Shown here piece by piece: positions 63,839 through 64,000 of a stretch of 64,000 bases of DNA. The stretch spans positions 5,071 to 69,070 of the forward strand of contig CAZJAO010000002.1 of NCBI GenBank assembly GCA_964544395.1, read 5' to 3'. Under the pieces are notes generated by a model. The model saw only the letters and a program-made list of their open reading frames with translations. It made no database searches and was not told where the DNA came from. The position numbers and the translations under genes are program-made. Each line of letters opens with the position of its first letter. Position 1 is the first letter of the stretch. The stretch is from Candidatus Woesearchaeota archaeon (GTDB taxonomy: Archaea > Nanobdellota > Nanobdellia > Pacearchaeales > GW2011-AR1).

Positions 63839-64000
63839 ATGCAAATTAAATTATTGGTTGAGGCAGGGCAAATGAAGCCAGGTCCGGCACTTAGCCAGAA
63901 GCTTGGTCCAACAGGAATTAATGTGAATCAGGTTATCACAAAAGTTAACGATGCTACAAAGAAATTTGAAGGAATGAAAGTTCCAGTTGAATTGGATATT
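63839..64000 (+). CDS. rpl11: 50S ribosomal protein L11 (uL11), 3'-truncated by the window end.
   Basis: MQIKLLVEAGQMKPGPALSQKLGPTGINVNQVITKVNDATKKFEGMKV is the canonical L11 N-terminal domain. Confidence 0.8.
   Translation, partial: MQIKLLVEAGQMKPGPALSQKLGPTGINVNQVITKVNDATKKFEGMKVPVELDI

Noticed and set aside
1-64000. A search for CRISPR arrays, long tandem repeats or an rRNA operon.
   Set aside because: No regularly spaced direct repeats and no 16S/23S-like segments were seen while reading. Only the single 5S and six tRNAs were identifiable as RNA genes.

Overview
This window reads as an archaeal chromosome segment, probably from a DPANN-like lineage, with AT-rich sequence and translationally coupled genes. 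It has four parts.

(1) 1-10.6 kb: a partial serine recombinase runs in from the window start. It is followed by rpl18e-rpl13-rps9 (minus), a DHH phosphoesterase, a convergent tRNA-Leu and an orphan 5S rRNA. Then come an Rpp21-like gene, rpoN, rpl21e-rpoF-DUF655, rps13-rps4-rps11-rpoD, a tRNA triplet (Leu-CAA, Arg-CCT, Gly-TCC) and secF-secD.

(2) 10.7-34.3 kb: a roughly 24 kb protein-glycosylation island. It contains GDP-mannose 3,5-epimerase, a Wzx-type flippase, a CMP-sugar cytidylyltransferase, SDR epimerases, dehydrogenases and four SAM methyltransferases. It also has a 905-aa dehydratase/cupin/C-methyltransferase fusion, GT4, GT11 and GT26 glycosyltransferases, an aminotransferase-cupin fusion, an FdtA-like isomerase and Gmd. 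The island is anchored by the oligosaccharyltransferase AglB (WWDYG motif) and a GlcNAc-1-P-transferase-like gene.

(3) 34.3-49.8 kb, all on the minus strand: SpoIIM-like, prefoldin alpha, DUF106, then secY and the main ribosomal protein operon from rpl15 to rpl3. The operon includes SUI1, a missed rpl29, and two unknown translationally coupled ORFs embedded between rps19/rpl22 and between rpl3/rpl4.

(4) 49.9-64 kb: a cupin protein, an AI-2E transporter, tRNA-Ser, a divergent XPD/Rad3-like helicase, tRNA-Thr, rpl12-rpl10-rpl1, an S2P protease, a missed rpl40e, aIF5A, FKBP, ftsZ, secE, a secreted toroid-repeat lipoprotein, spt5 and the start of rpl11.

No CRISPR array was seen. Every call rests on reading the translated ORFs against remembered family signatures; none has been verified by a search.
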